64,000 nt of DNA from positions 1,240,001 through 1,304,000 of the forward strand of contig NW_027117349.1 of the NCBI RefSeq assembly GCF_038025025.1, read 5' to 3'. Shown one piece after another: positions 24,102 through 37,174 of the stretch. Origin of the DNA: Phyllosticta citribraziliensis. Lineage: Eukaryota. Made by a program: the position numbers and the translations under genes. Under the pieces are notes generated by a model. That model made no database searches. It was not told the DNA's origin and saw nothing but the letters and a program-made list of their open reading frames with translations. How positions within the stretch are numbered: position 1 is the stretch's first letter; each line of letters starts with the position of its first letter.

Positions 24102-24675
24102 CTGAGCACACTTGGCCCCTTCCGAGCCCGCCTGTTATCAACAACAGTGGGAGTTTTGCTTATGCCACCGACTACTCCTCCGCTGATTGGCTTTTTCAGA
24201 AGCCGAGCGAGGCTTTGTGTCATTCAGATCAAGTGGAGAGAGAGCCTTGTCCATCAAGTGAGGCAGGAAGAGAACTGTGTGTCGTTGAGAGCAGTCTGCA
24301 CTTGACCTGCGGCATAGTGTCGTATGTCGTGGTTTCATGAAGACAACGCGGCAGCACCATCGACTTCATAGACTGCTCGGGCGGGCACTGGTGAATGAGA
24401 GACATCGAACGAGAGGGTGAGGGGGATGCGGCTACATTCGTAATATGCCCGCGCACGAGGCTGCGTTTCGTGTCCTGCCTGCGCCCACCTCCCCCTCCAT
24501 TGCTTTTGCTTGACCAATCCGCCACAAAACTCCAGCTAGTACTTTTTGCTCATTTTGAGTCCTCCTGTGTTCCAATACCTCCTCTTTGTCTGCTTGCTGA
24601 TCAGGGAGAGGACCACAAGCTCGAAACTTGACCATCCATCTGAATCCGCCCGACCAGTTTGATACTGCTGCGGAA

Positions 24676-25607
24676 ATGTCGTTATCACCCACCGCCATAC
24701 ACCACCCTCTCCCTTCGCAATCATACCCCTCGAACACCACGGCTTCTCATCAAGTTCATGAGAATGAACACACGATCCTTGACGACGAAGGAAGCGGACA
24801 AGCAGATGAAGACGATGCCTCGATGGCTGCTGAGGGTCAAATCCGGCTCGCTCCCCCTTCTGAGCACAGCGAACCTGAGGATGACGTGCCATTCTCCGCG
24901 GAAGACTTCAAGAGAAAGCTCAATGTGATTGCGACCGACCGCAATGGAAACGAGCACCTCGTTCCAGCCGTTGGTTTGTACGACTCGGGCAGTGAATCTA
25001 TCAACATCATCAGCAGCCAACTGGCCAGGAGACTGAACATTGAGCCTGAAAAACCAACCTGTCCGCCTCGGGGTTTGGGCAGAATCTCATCAAAGCTCAA
25101 GATGGGAAAAGGCAAGGTGATCGAAGATGTCCGTAGCGTAGACGGTGCTCGTGTCCGTCACCAGCAGAGCCCAGTCTTCGTGCAGTGGCAATGTCTCGAC
25201 TCCAGTCCCCGCCTGCACCAGCATCTTTTCTTCGATCCCAAGACATATCGCACCAAGCACATTGTCGTCGAAAATGCTGCAGCGGATCTCATCTTCTCAC
25301 GCCGCACTTGGCTCGAAGAAAAATTGACAGAGCCGTCTGTCTGCATGGTCCAACGGATGATCGGCGAAAAATCTAAGCCGAGTACAGGTATGTCCGCTCT
25401 ACAACATACGCCCAGGCTGGGTTTCTCTTGCTAATATGGACCGTCGCAGATCAACAGGGTGCGCAAAAAGATCGGGATGAAAGGGCCAGGGTCATGAAGA
25501 AGCGGAACGAAGAAATGGAAAAAAGGGTCAAGAGCCAGGGGCTCCAACCGAAAAGCGGACAGTCCACAAGCAACGGCAGTCAAGGTGGATCTTCAGCTGC
25601 ACCTTGA
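24676..25607 (+). CDS. Stand-alone retropepsin-like aspartic protease 1 (DSG)
   Basis: Exons 24676-25387 and 25450-25607 (GTATGT...GCTAAT...CAG). Acidic disordered N-terminus, GLYDSGSESINIISSQLA, flap-like VRSVDG, HIVVENAAADLIFS, then a charged helical tail. Confidence 0.8.
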
Positions 25608-27665
25608 AACTTCCGTTCAGTTGTCAAGTGTTTAGGAATCCCTTTGTCCGTATCCTTCGTGACGTTTTTCCATTGTTCAAAGACCTGTCAAGGGACAGGC
25701 GACGAAGGCTGCCGTCAACCGTGGACAAATGGCTCAGGAATTGAAGAGGGTCGATGTACCAGATCTTCAGAGTAAGTTTGTTGCGATTTGAACCGCAGAA
25801 ACTCTTTCTCCTTATGGCCATAGTCCCCAAGAGCGCATCTTTGAAAGTACCGGAGCCGATATTCAGTGCTCTGCAGATGGGACTCAATGGCTTTGTTTAG
25901 TCAAAAGTGCCTGCTTCAAGTTGAGATCTCTTCTGCTCATTGTTTGAAGTGATCGATTTCCCGGCGGTGCCCGTCGACTCAAGGCGAATTCAAGTCTTTT
26001 GTGTTGAAAGCATCACGTTGTTGAAGAAATTCGTGGGGATCCAGCTCGGTGATAAGCGGATAAGGGCGACGCACGATATTGTCTTCAGGCTCTCATCACG
26101 GGAACGGAGGACAGGGTCAGGCTGCATGGTCCGGGGCCAATCAATGCGCGGAGGACCTGACAGCCTGCGTAGTCCGTCCTCGCCACTCTCCGGGCCATTC
26201 CATCTCGTTTGCTACGTGTTAACGGGCAGGCAAGTGACGGGGCTGATTGCCCTTCGCTGAGCTGTCAACGAATGAGTGGTTCCCGCCAGCGACTCCTCGT
26301 TCGAGTATTCTCTTGGTCAAGCCAAAAGCCTCTCGCCACCGCTAAGCGCCGGCGGCGCCCTCGTACACTGTCAGATAGCTGGGTTTGTTCCTCAACACCT
26401 AGTATTTCTATGCTAGCTATCACGAACATGCGCTGACGTCATGAAGATACAAATGGACAATCCAATGCTTGTACTTGCTAGGAGCTTGCCAGCAGCAGCA
26501 AAGCTGAGCACGATATTCAGAGTCACTTCCGCGAACTCTTTCTATACTGCTGGGGCCTCGACTGGATGTGCGTCGGCCGCCATGCGCAATTCCATAAATG
26601 CTCAGCCACCGTCCCAGGCCGGCGCGATATGTGAGGTCATTGATGAGATCCAAAGCTGCGAGGTCCCTTGGAAATGCAAAAGCGACGGGTCATTGAGCCG
26701 CCCTGCAACCTGACTGAGAGGATACGGTGTGGCCTACAGTCTCCTCAACCTCAACTGGACAAGGTCTAGACTCCGGAAAATGGACCATCTGCACACTTCT
26801 TAATCGTCAAGAAGAACCTGTGACGGATGCAGGACGGGGAGGCTGACGCCCGGTTGGCCAATACCATCTGCCCTGTCCGGTTTTCTGCACCGCCTCGCCT
26901 CTACGCCTCCAGACTGGCCAGTCTGATATGCATTGGCCTACCCTGCTCCGCTTGCCGTATGTCCTCACCACCGGCGCCGCCTTTGTTCTTCGACTGCTCG
27001 TCATCCACCTACACCCGCCGACCCTCGGGGTCTCTCCGCCAGAGACCAACTCCTCGACCTTTTTCTCTCCCCTCCCACCTCCTTGCTCGGTCCTCCCTCT
27101 TTGCCTTGCCTTGCCTTCCTATCCTTTGAATAAGAGTCAGCGCACTCGTTCAAGCAACGTTTCTGCAGCCTCGACAGTCCGTCAAGCTTTGTGTCCATCG
27201 CCCTGAACTGTTCCTGGGCGCCCCTCCTGTCTCGACAAGATTGAGAAGGGCGTCCATCTTCGTCCACATAGAAGCGTTGTATTCGTCACTCCTCGACTTG
27301 GTAACACGGTCAAAGGCTCGCGGTACGTTCTTATAGCTGCGGCGTCCCTGCAGCGTCATATCCTCCACAACCAGGTCACCAAAAGCTGATATGCAAGTCC
27401 GAGGTAGAGATCCACCAGCGCAGTACACTGTCTGCCTCCCTTCCACACCAAGGCTCGTCCTCCTCGGAACATTCGCAGGTACTCTCTTCCCATTCTCAGC
27501 ACCCCGGAGCGTATGTATTCTCGCTCTGCTCCTCGCTACCTGGCGATAGCCTCGCCTAAAACGTTTCTCAGTCTTGCCGGTTAGGTTGCGAAGCAGATCG
27601 ACCTTGTGCTAATAAGACTGAGCTTCTAGAAAGCACAATAGACGACTCTACGAAATTCCTCCACC

Positions 27666-28622
27666 ATGAATGCTTGCAACAACCCACCAAACCCCGCTGC
27701 CCCACCTCATGATGATGGTTGCCTTGGAAGTCAGGCTTCCTCCGCCCCGGCCATTCCATCAACACCCACCTACCCTCCAGACTCGACGGCTCCACAAATT
27801 GAAAGTAGTCTTTTGGTGTTGGACCATCTCGGGAACGGTCCTCCAGGCTTAGGGGATGTGACCCTGCACACTGTTTTAGCTGGTGCGCAGGGTGACTCTT
27901 CAGGACCTGGCAGCGCCGACGCTGTTGTCTCGACACAGGGATCGAGGCTCCCAACAGAAGATTACCGTAGACCCATCCTTGTGGTCAAAAAAGATGGCAA
28001 TGGCAACGAGGATTTGAAACTATTCTTCGCTCTTTTTGATACGGGATCGAGTGACGTCAACCTCATCAGCGCCAAACTTGTCAAATATCTGGAGCTTGAG
28101 ATGCGTGACCGTTCTCGTTGGTCTCGGATCTTGGACGTACTCTTCCCCTGGAGAAAGAAGTCTCAACTGTGCAACACAGACGGAACATCTATCCATCAAG
28201 AGGGCAAGGTGAAGATACGCTGGTATTGCCGCGACCAGACGGTGTATGACAAACAAGCCCTTTGGTTCACCCCGGGGTTCTACGTCACCGAACACTTTGT
28301 CGTCGAAAATGCCACGGCCGATGTGCTCCTCTCGCTCTCTACGTGGGATGAGCTCGGCCTGAGGGACCGCCCCATCTCCATGATCACGAGGAAGCCTCAG
28401 CCTGACATGAGTACGTTCGCCGTGCAGTGAATGTGGGTTGATTCAAGACTGACGACTGTCACAGGCAAAGGAAATCTCCAAAAGGTCGCGGCTGACAAGG
28501 CCATGCAGACTGAAACACGGATTGGGAAGAAGTCCAAGATTGCCGCCGCAACGATGGAGGCATACAGGGCAAAGAAGGCAGCTAAGTACTCCTCCTCTTC
28601 TTCAAACGGCAATGGGGCTTGA
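27666..28622 (+). CDS. Stand-alone retropepsin-like aspartic protease 2 (DTG), paralog of 24676-25607
   Basis: CCACCATG start. Exons 27666-28410 and 28465-28622 (GTACGT...CTGAC...CAG). ALFDTGSSDVNLISAKLV, CNTDG, GKVKIRW and HFVVENATADVLLS. Same phase-1 intron position as paralog 1. Confidence 0.82.
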
Positions 28623-29443
28623 TCCTGCGAATTTCCGCCCGTGGAAAGGCCTGTCCGCAAAGAGCTGCTGTCAGTTATTGGTGGTACCGGTAGAAGTCCC
28701 CATCGACGAGTTTCTTTCCTTTCTGCTATCTGAGGAGAAGTACCTTCGACAAGGTGGCTGATGTTACTGTGATAGCATCTGATGCCACCGAGAGGATGGA
28801 AAATGGTGCTGTGCTCTTTCAAAGTTCCAATGTTCTTACTTAACAAAGTCTTTGTGTGTTAAATTTGGGAGCGAGACGTAATTAGTGAAGCACGCAAGTC
28901 TGTTATTTGTTAGCTTCATGGCTAGATTTACTTTGTTTTCTTGCTTACCTGGAATTCGAATGCGTCTTCTCTTCCTATCCAGCACCGTCGATCCTTCATG
29001 AGGACAAAGATGCAGACTGTCGTAAGTTTTCCCAAACGTGATCTGAGACTGTGGTGAGGGCGATGCAGGGTATGTGTAAAGAATCTTTGGGGAGACTGAC
29101 CTTTTAGTAGATCGGTGATGGAAAGAATGCCTTCTTCCAGGCTTCCATCCTACCCAGCTGCCTAGATGAGGCGAGTGTGTCTTGTGGCTCACATGTAGGA
29201 GTCATACGGCAAAGGCTTGACTCGACACGTGAGATCATCTGCCTCTCGATACGACAGCAAGTGGTGAGACTGACTTTGCCGCAAGTTTTCGCCAGAGAAC
29301 ATGGAACTCAATCACGAGTCGCAAATTTCAGACGTGTTGTGGTCATTCTAGTCCTCGATCAGTAAATGCTATCAAATATACCGTGTATCTGAACAGTTGT
29401 ATAATTACAGCGTACATTAAGAGTGATTGTTTGGTCCAACAGG

Positions 29444-30013
29444 TCATGCTCGTCCTGGAGCTCGCACCCTGAACCCCTTCTCATATCCAGAGATCATACG
29501 AACAGGCTGTGACGCAGGAGTAGAATAGCACCTCGAGTCGATGAGTCCATAGTCTAATGCAGCTCTTCTCCCGAGGACTATGTCGAATCGTGGGTTTCCC
29601 TGTTGCACGACCAGGAAGCGTGTGCGGAAAGTCGGTCGTGACTTGATGAGTCCCCAATCGAGGTCGACGTATCCTTTGGTTCTGATCTTTCGACCGTAGA
29701 AGTCGATGTCGCTCTCATATTCTTGAATCTCTAGGCCCAAAAGCTCTACAACAACGGGCATGGATATGAGACTTGCATCCAAGTCGAGAGGAGGACACCA
29801 TAGCGTGAGGACTGTTGATGTTCTCCGTCCGCTTTCGAGTGTGAGGAAGATCCATACGGTCTGCTGCTCAGATTTCAACTATTGATCCAACCTTGATGTC
29901 AGCCCTGGAAAAGAAATAGAAAGATGGGAGACAAAGTAGAGGGATACAACATTTATATTTCGTTCGTGACGGCTGCTAGACAATTTAAGGCCTTTTAGGA
30001 ACTTGGAGCACAT
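29444..30013 (-). CDS. Retropepsin-fold protein lacking the canonical D[TS]G motif (putative pseudo-protease)
   Basis: Probable exons 30013-29948 and 29878-29444 (GTATCC...CTGAC...TAG, phase 0). SLISMPVVVELLGL, IRTKGYVDLDW, TRFLVV and FDIVLG match the retropepsin pattern. LDLDAS occupies the catalytic position. Confidence 0.6.
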
Positions 30014-32006
30014 TACTTCCACCGTTGTGCTGCGTTGGAAGTAAATCAACGATGGGAGGGAGGACCGATTATATCGCAGATCGCAGAAGCTGAGACCCGG
30101 GAGGCCTCCCATAAAAGCGACGAAGAATGAGGCTCTGCGTGCACTCGTGCGCTGCTGATCAATATGCCGAGTGGCATAGCCAGCCGGCCAGGTTCGCATC
30201 CGAGGCGGCAGGGCGCCAGGCAATGAGCCTCTAAGACGAGCCTCGAGGCCCAGTTGGTATCCAAGAAAAGGTAGACGCAGTGGCTTTCGCCGTCATCCAA
30301 TCACTTGGACCCCAATCACAGGTATTCGCTGGAACTGTAACATGCAGTCTGGACAACCCTGTCGTGTACCAACTGTGGAATGGCATTGAGCCCCGTAGCT
30401 TCCGAGAATTGGTTGGGGGCTTTGCTGCCAGAAACGCATATCATCTGGCGGTTAGCATCATTTGCCCCAAGATCGCCGGGATTACGAATCTGAACAACAG
30501 CCCGTGGCTGAGCATGGGCTCCTGTCGCCGGTCAGAAGCTCGTTTCCAAATGGCACAGCATGCATAGAAGTGGCACCAAATATCAAGTCGCTAGGATACA
30601 CCGGTATGCTGCCGGTTGATGAGAAGCTTGATGAAAAACGACCCTTGTAAGCCCCTGTACGCGCTGAACGTTCTTCAAATTGGAGTTGTACGAAGATTCC
30701 GCTGCATGGGTATCCCAAAGTCTCATTCCTCACATAGAAAAAAGTTCGAATTCGAGGCCGTTGAGCCTGCGTCGTTCGAGGTCATTTTCAGCCCCTTCAT
30801 TTTCAGAGTCCGCATGTCGAACTAGCCTCATCAATGCTGGCCAGCGGTTGTTACCGAACTTCGGGTGTCAATGCCCAAAAACGGGAAATGCGCCTGGGGG
30901 CAAGGCTGATCGATCCGTGAGGTACGGCTGACCTGGCAGTGCATGCATTCCCCGTGCTAGGCGAGTCTTTCGAATGATGATTCGTTGGATCCGACAGCAG
31001 ACGCTCGAGGTGGAGGGTGGGCCCCACGTGCGATTCGTTGGCTTTCAGCCCCCGCTACGCTGTTTTGCCACGAACGCCCGCAAATAGCCCTATCCACACC
31101 ATCTCCATTCTGATGGTCAGATGTGACGTCTGCAGGTGAGCAAACTAGACTTACATGGTGCCAACTCCGCGTTCCCGGTAAATTCTTGCTCAGATATCAT
31201 GTTTGGAGACGGTCGTTCGTCCGGCTCTTGAAGTGACAGTGTTTTGGAAGCTAGGGGGGGACTTCGGTTGGATTCAGGAGACTGGATGGAACAGCCGCGG
31301 AGACATCATTTGCGCAAGTCAGGCTGAGCTTGATCCCAGCAAACCGGAGCACGCAGAATTCGAGCCTGGTAGCGCTGACGGAGGTTGGAGGCGTCAGCAG
31401 GCGCAGTCCTATGCACAGTTATCACCCGCGTATGATGGCAGACCACTTAAGTGGGTGACGTACTCGCATTTCGGCCTCGCCATTTCGAGTGGATGTAACG
31501 TGGCCATTTCTTGTCGACGAACTCTGATATTCCTCAAATGATGTATGTCTGCGAGTATCAAGAGAAGCGATGCCTGAGGTGGCTGAAATCGCAGGTAGAG
31601 ATTTGCACAGAATGTCTTGTGCGAAACAGATGATGGAGACTGAATATTCCATCATTTCCGCGATATCATCGACTCGTTACCAGGCTAAGAAAGACGTCCT
31701 GAGCGGGGAAAATCTGACCCGGAGGCATCGTCTGTTTGTGCATCATGCGCAGTGCTGATGGAAGCATTCTGCATTTTGAATGCCGAACAGTTCGGAGCAG
31801 AGCCTCAGCCTGATACCCAACTGCTCCATTTCCTTTTGACCATGTCTTATTTAGTCGCGGGGGTATCGGCGTCGAATTGGAGAAGGAAGCCTTCATTTCG
31901 CGTTCGAGATAGCAAACTAACTGGGCGCTCTTCTTTCCCGAAAGTGGAGAACACATCTTCGTGGCATGCATTGAGCCTGTGACGGAAACCCTGGACACGT
32001 CGAATC

Positions 32007-32986
32007 ATGAGCACTGCGGCATCAACCACCGCGGCCTCAACCACGCCATCCAATGATCTTCCTGCAGGCTACCCGAGGCTGGCAGCAAGAATGGGCCTCC
32101 AGCCCGAACTCGCAATATTCAGGAGATTCGGGTTTCTAAACAAGTTGAACATCTTGTGCTTGCAAGCCGAGTTAGCCGCAATCGAAGAAGACCTCAAGCT
32201 TCTACTCTGCACTCAGAGTCAAGTCTCTTCTGAAAGCCTTCTGCGGGATTGGGGTACCGCGAGAAAATCAGCCGACGAGAGAGAGGATGACGGTCGAGAT
32301 CCACGGCTGAATTTGATCCTTGCTGCTGGAGAAAAACTTGAAAAGTACAGTGAGTCTGCCTGAAACCGGTTTGAGCTTGGGTCAGACTTACAAGTTGTGT
32401 CGCTACAGATGCTGCAGTTGTCCAACAGTCCAGAATGCTTGCTATGGATCCACCGAAAAAAAATGATTTGGATTACATCCAAAGGTTCATAGGAGACGAG
32501 AGCCAAATGGGCTTCCCACATCCTTTCTCGGGAGCAGATTCAGAAATATGGGGTTCAATAGAAAGCCCCAAAGGTCACGCCAATGATATCATAACCCCAT
32601 ATCCTTATCGCCAAAAGGATATGTTCTCGAAACTAGTAAAGAAGAAGTTTTTCGACTTTGGCTTCGATAGGGTCTGGCGGAGTTGCAAGATCGGCGATCT
32701 CGAATTTTGGGACGAGAAGGTCATCGACCGAATGACGTCTATGGTAAGCACGGCGCTTGCGTCGATTCTTCCTATTATTTCCATCATCATTCTTTACTAC
32801 GTCGAATCGATGGAGGCCAAGTTCGGAATTATGGCGGTATTCAATATCCTTATATCCGTATGTCTCGGTCTTCTCACTCACGCCAAAAGAAGCGAGATAT
32901 TTGCGGTGACGGCGGCATTCTCCGCCATACAGGTCGTGTTTGTGCAGGCAGGAGATGCGACACAGGCAAATCCAGCGGGGTCATGA
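32007..32986 (+). CDS. DUF6594-family protein with three C-terminal hydrophobic segments
   Basis: Exons 32007-32349 and 32409-32986. GYPRLAARM...IFRRFGFLNKLNILCLQAEL, LEKYNAAV, and C-terminal hydrophobic segments ending RSEIFAVTAAFSAIQVVFV. Confidence 0.88.
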
Positions 32987-34368
32987 CGACATGCCTGGTG
33001 ATGAAACTGAGAGCTCCAGATACGTTCCCCTTCCTCATTCTTTAGGTTCTTGTTTTCTTTTCTCCGTCCACAACCAACGTCCACAACCGACAAGCCATGG
33101 GGAAAGTCTCGAGAGATAGAGATAGAAAGAATTCCAACTCTTTTTAACCTATTACTCCCCTCCGATAGTGATTCCTATGTCGTCCGGGCAGGCCCAGAGA
33201 AGAAACAGCAGGCAATGCTTCAAGAACCCCGAAGACTCGAAGACTCGAACTCGAACTCAGGTGGGAAAGGACGAAGACCGAGACTGGACAGGAAAAAACG
33301 GAAGTGAAGAAAAAGAAGCTGTCGAGGAGCCAAGGGGAAGAAGCATGATCGTGCCGCATCGTCGGGCAAGAACGCGTCAAGCTCGAGCGGACAGAGAACC
33401 ACCCAAGTCCACCCCAGAACTGACGGGTTGAACTGGATTCAACCCACCTCACCATTCTCTGGTCTTGCTTGATAAGAGGTAACACCTGGTCGAGATCATT
33501 ACGCCACATTTGCATACGCCAATGTCGCTGAATGGTGGGCGACGGTCAGAGTCAGACAAAGGACCCGAAACTTCCAAGATCGAAGGGTCTAGGGACTGTC
33601 GCCAGCAGCGTCACGGCCCGTCCCGCCTAGACTGCATGTTCCACCCGCATTCTGAGGCATCCAAATTGCTGGATGAGGCTCCGTTTCATGCACCTGCCTG
33701 CCAGTGGCGTTGTGGCGCAACGAATCGATTGTCCCAACTAGCGTCAGTCGCGTCCTCGGAGGGGTCCTCTTGGAAAGAATCCAGCTGCGCGGATAGCAAA
33801 TGAGCATGTCAGTCTTGGTGATGATTGGATCAGCGAAGCAGGCCTTCCACCAGCCCGGGCGTCGGCTTTGAACAGCACAAAGTTGTTTGCATCGTTGTCG
33901 AGCCCTGTCGGGTCGATGGGCGGACACAGCATAAATGGGAGGAATAAGGACCAAAATGAAGACGAAGCCCGAGAGGAAGTAAGGTCGTCCTTGATGAGAA
34001 GGTGTTGTAAAGGTGAATGGTGATGACGATTGACCTTGGTGTTGAGAAAGGCGGGCCTATCAAAGGACGTCGATTTTGATTGGCCGGTCGGCTACTCTGC
34101 GAGCGAGCTATCGCGTCATGCGCCTACCGAGCACCCCTGCAACCGGACCAGCCTCATGTCCTACGCCGACCACCAGACGACTTGCTCAGGTCACAACTCA
34201 CGCGCTCCTGCAGTGCATCTTACCCCTTGGAGGAGCTTGACATAGCTCTCATCTGGATCCATCTCTTCACGTCTCCAACGCTTTGCTCGCACGGATTCTC
34301 CAAGTCCCCGCATCTTCAACACCACCGAAAGCGGCTGCCCGGACGCGAAGCCGACCTAATCGCCCATC

Positions 34369-35973
34369 ATGGCCTCCAAGGCCGTCGTACCGTTCCTGGT
34401 CAGCATGATGCTGCTGACCGGCGTCTGCAACACCCTCTTGACAAAGTTCCAGGTACAACTTGCATTGTTCACTCTCCATCCGCCGCGGCACCGCTGATAC
34501 GGGCACCATCTGCCAACAGGACCAACAATGCGTGCGCAACTGCGACTCCAAGCACCCAGAATACTTCGAGCAGCCCGTGATCCAGACGCTCCAGATGTTC
34601 ATCGGCGAGATGGGCTGCTGGCTCGTCGTCGGCGGCTTCGCGCTCTACCAGAGCTACTTTGCCAAACGGCGCGCCGCCGAGTCGGGCGGCTACGAGCCAG
34701 TGCCGCGATCGTCCGTCGACAACAACGATAACGAAGGGCCCGGGACTGCAGAGACGGAGGCCGAAGAGACGCCTGACAGCGGAAGCACCGAAGTTGAGGA
34801 AGGAGAGGTTGCGAACCCGCTGAAGCTGGTGCCCTCGCATGCCAGCGACGGACACAACCGCGTCCCGCTCACTGGCTGGAAGGTCACGTACCTGGCGCTG
34901 CCGGCCGTGTGCGACATTGCGGGCACGACGCTGATGAACGTTGGACTGCTCTTCGTTGCTGCGTCCATCTACCAAATGACTCGCGGCGCGCTGGTGCTTT
35001 TCGTCGGCCTGTTCTCCGTCCTCTTCCTCAAACGGTACCTGCGGCTCTACAAGTGGGCCGCGCTGGTCATTGTCGTGCTAGGTGTGATGCTCGTTGGACT
35101 CGCAGGTGCAATTTCAAAGGACGACAAAGCATCCCACGGCTCCAGCGTCGACGCTGGTGCCGCCGGACACATGTCGCCGCAGACGCCCATGGGCGGGAAC
35201 AAGTACGCCCTGTCGGGATCCATTCTGGTGCGGAGCCTGCAAAACGTCATGGGCACAGGCGAGGAGGAACCAATTGCGGCGCCCCTGGCCGTACGCACAA
35301 TCATTGGCGTGCTGCTAATTGCCGGCGCGCAAATCTTCACGGCGACGCAATTCGTGCTCGAGGAGAGCATCATGGAGAACTACGAGCTGGAGCCGCTCAA
35401 GGTGGTCGGATGGGAGGGCATCTTCGGCTTCTCCGTCACCGTCCTTTGCATGGTGATCCTGCACTTTGCAGTCGGCCAGACGCCCGCGGGGCGTTACGGC
35501 TACTTTGACGCAAAGGAGGGACTGCGCGAGATCACGCACTTCCCCGCCGTCGCCATCAGCAGCATCCTCATCATGATAAGCATTGGGTAAGACCACATCC
35601 TCCCACCAAACCCCCAACACATCTCAAACCTGCCCAACTCAGCTGCTAACGCACAACCACCAGCGGCTTCAACTTCTTCGGCCTCTCCGTCACGCGCACC
35701 GTCAGCGCCACCTCCCGCGCCACCATCGACACGTGCCGCACGCTGTTCATCTGGATCGTCTCGCTGGGCCTGGGCTGGGAGACGTTCAAGTGGCTGCAGG
35801 TCGCCGGCTTCGCCCTGCTCGTCTACGGCACCTTCCTCTTCAACGACATTGTCCGGCCCCCGCTGCAGGCCTGGCTCGACTGGCGCGGCAAGGATGGCAA
35901 GGGCAAGGACAGGCGCGGCTCCGTTGGTGGTGTTGATGAGTTGCTTCCGGAGGGCCCAATTGAGCATGTGTAG
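34369..35973 (+). CDS. SLC35F6-like DMT/nucleotide-sugar transporter family membrane protein
   Basis: Exons 34369-34452, 34520-35586 and 35664-35973. FEQPVIQTLQMFIGEMGC, LPAVCDIAGTTL, SIYQMTRG, VGWEGIFG, FNFFGLSVTRTVSATSRATIDTCRT. Confidence 0.92.
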
Positions 35974-37174
35974 GTTGAGGGATGCGGTCACCGTACAGCT
36001 TCCTGAGGAGGCGAATCAAACGATGGCAGCACAGCGGCCCTTACGCACGTATCCATCCATGGACGGGCGGACGATTGGCACATCACCATTTCATTTCCTT
36101 CACGGCGTTCTTTTTCCTTTCCTTCCCATTTTCCTTTTGGCTCAGGCAAGGCACCTCAGACCGGCGTTTTTGGTAATCACCTCATGATATGACAGGGCAA
36201 GCAAGTTCAGTTCAGTTCAGTTCAGCTTGGGTACTTCAACAGGAATGGCAGAGTTGGTTGGATATGTAGGGTAGGATAAGGAAGGTGTGTAGACAAGGAC
36301 CGGCGCATGTAGCTATGTAGGCAGGCAGACATCACAACGACAAATGGCACGGCATGGCATGAGATCAAGAAAGACAGACAACCTGAGCACATCGAGATGC
36401 TTCTTGCTATGAAAGTAAAGGTAGGTAAGAAAGTAAGGTAGGTACCTTGGTGCCAGCCTGTTGGAATCTACGCTCCAAACGGGCAAAGAGAGGCTGAGAT
36501 ATAGAGAGATAAACATGTAGGAGACATCCCCTCCAGCTGTCAGATGTACGTGTAAGGCGCACGCAGCCAGCCAGCCGGTCAGACAGAAAGACAGACAGAC
36601 CACCAGCCCACCAGCCCGCAGGCCTTGACCACTATTCCTCCCTCCCTGTCCTGTCTCGTTCCAACCATCGAGTCATCCATCATCCATTCATTCAAAACCC
36701 AACCCATTGAAACTCCATCCCGAAAACTCCATTGACCAGAGAAAAAGAGACCGCCGCCACCGCTGACCGCTGGCTCATCCAAGACAAGAAGAAAAGCAAG
36801 TAAATAATTGAACGCCTGAAACACTTTTGCCGTGGTAATCTGTACCCGTTCATCGAACACCATGACGACGACCATCCATCGCCGGCTACCTGAAGACGAA
36901 GACCGTAGTCAACCCGTCGAAAAAGATTAAGGTAGAAGAAGGAAAAGAAACACGGGTAGGGTAGAGTCCACGTAGGGTGCGCAGACGCAAAAGCGCCATC
37001 CTCAAGACCGGTCGATCGATTGGGAAAATGAGAGAAGGACGACAAGGCGTGCGCCCTTCGACCTAATTCAGGTGCGCGAAATGCGCGTCGCCGTGCGCAA
37101 ACCTGTTGAGGGCCTGGCCGCCAATGTCGCCCAAGACGGAAGAGCCATCCGCAGTCCTCGCGGCGGCGGCAGCG

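Noticed and set aside
23297..24340. ORFs between the zincin-like gene and retropepsin 1
   Set aside because: Non-ATG starts, no motifs and no consistent splice model.
24676..30013. LTR retrotransposon explanation for the aspartic protease motifs
   Set aside because: Spliceosomal introns are present, and there is no gag zinc knuckle, RT, RNase H, integrase, LTR or RIP signature.
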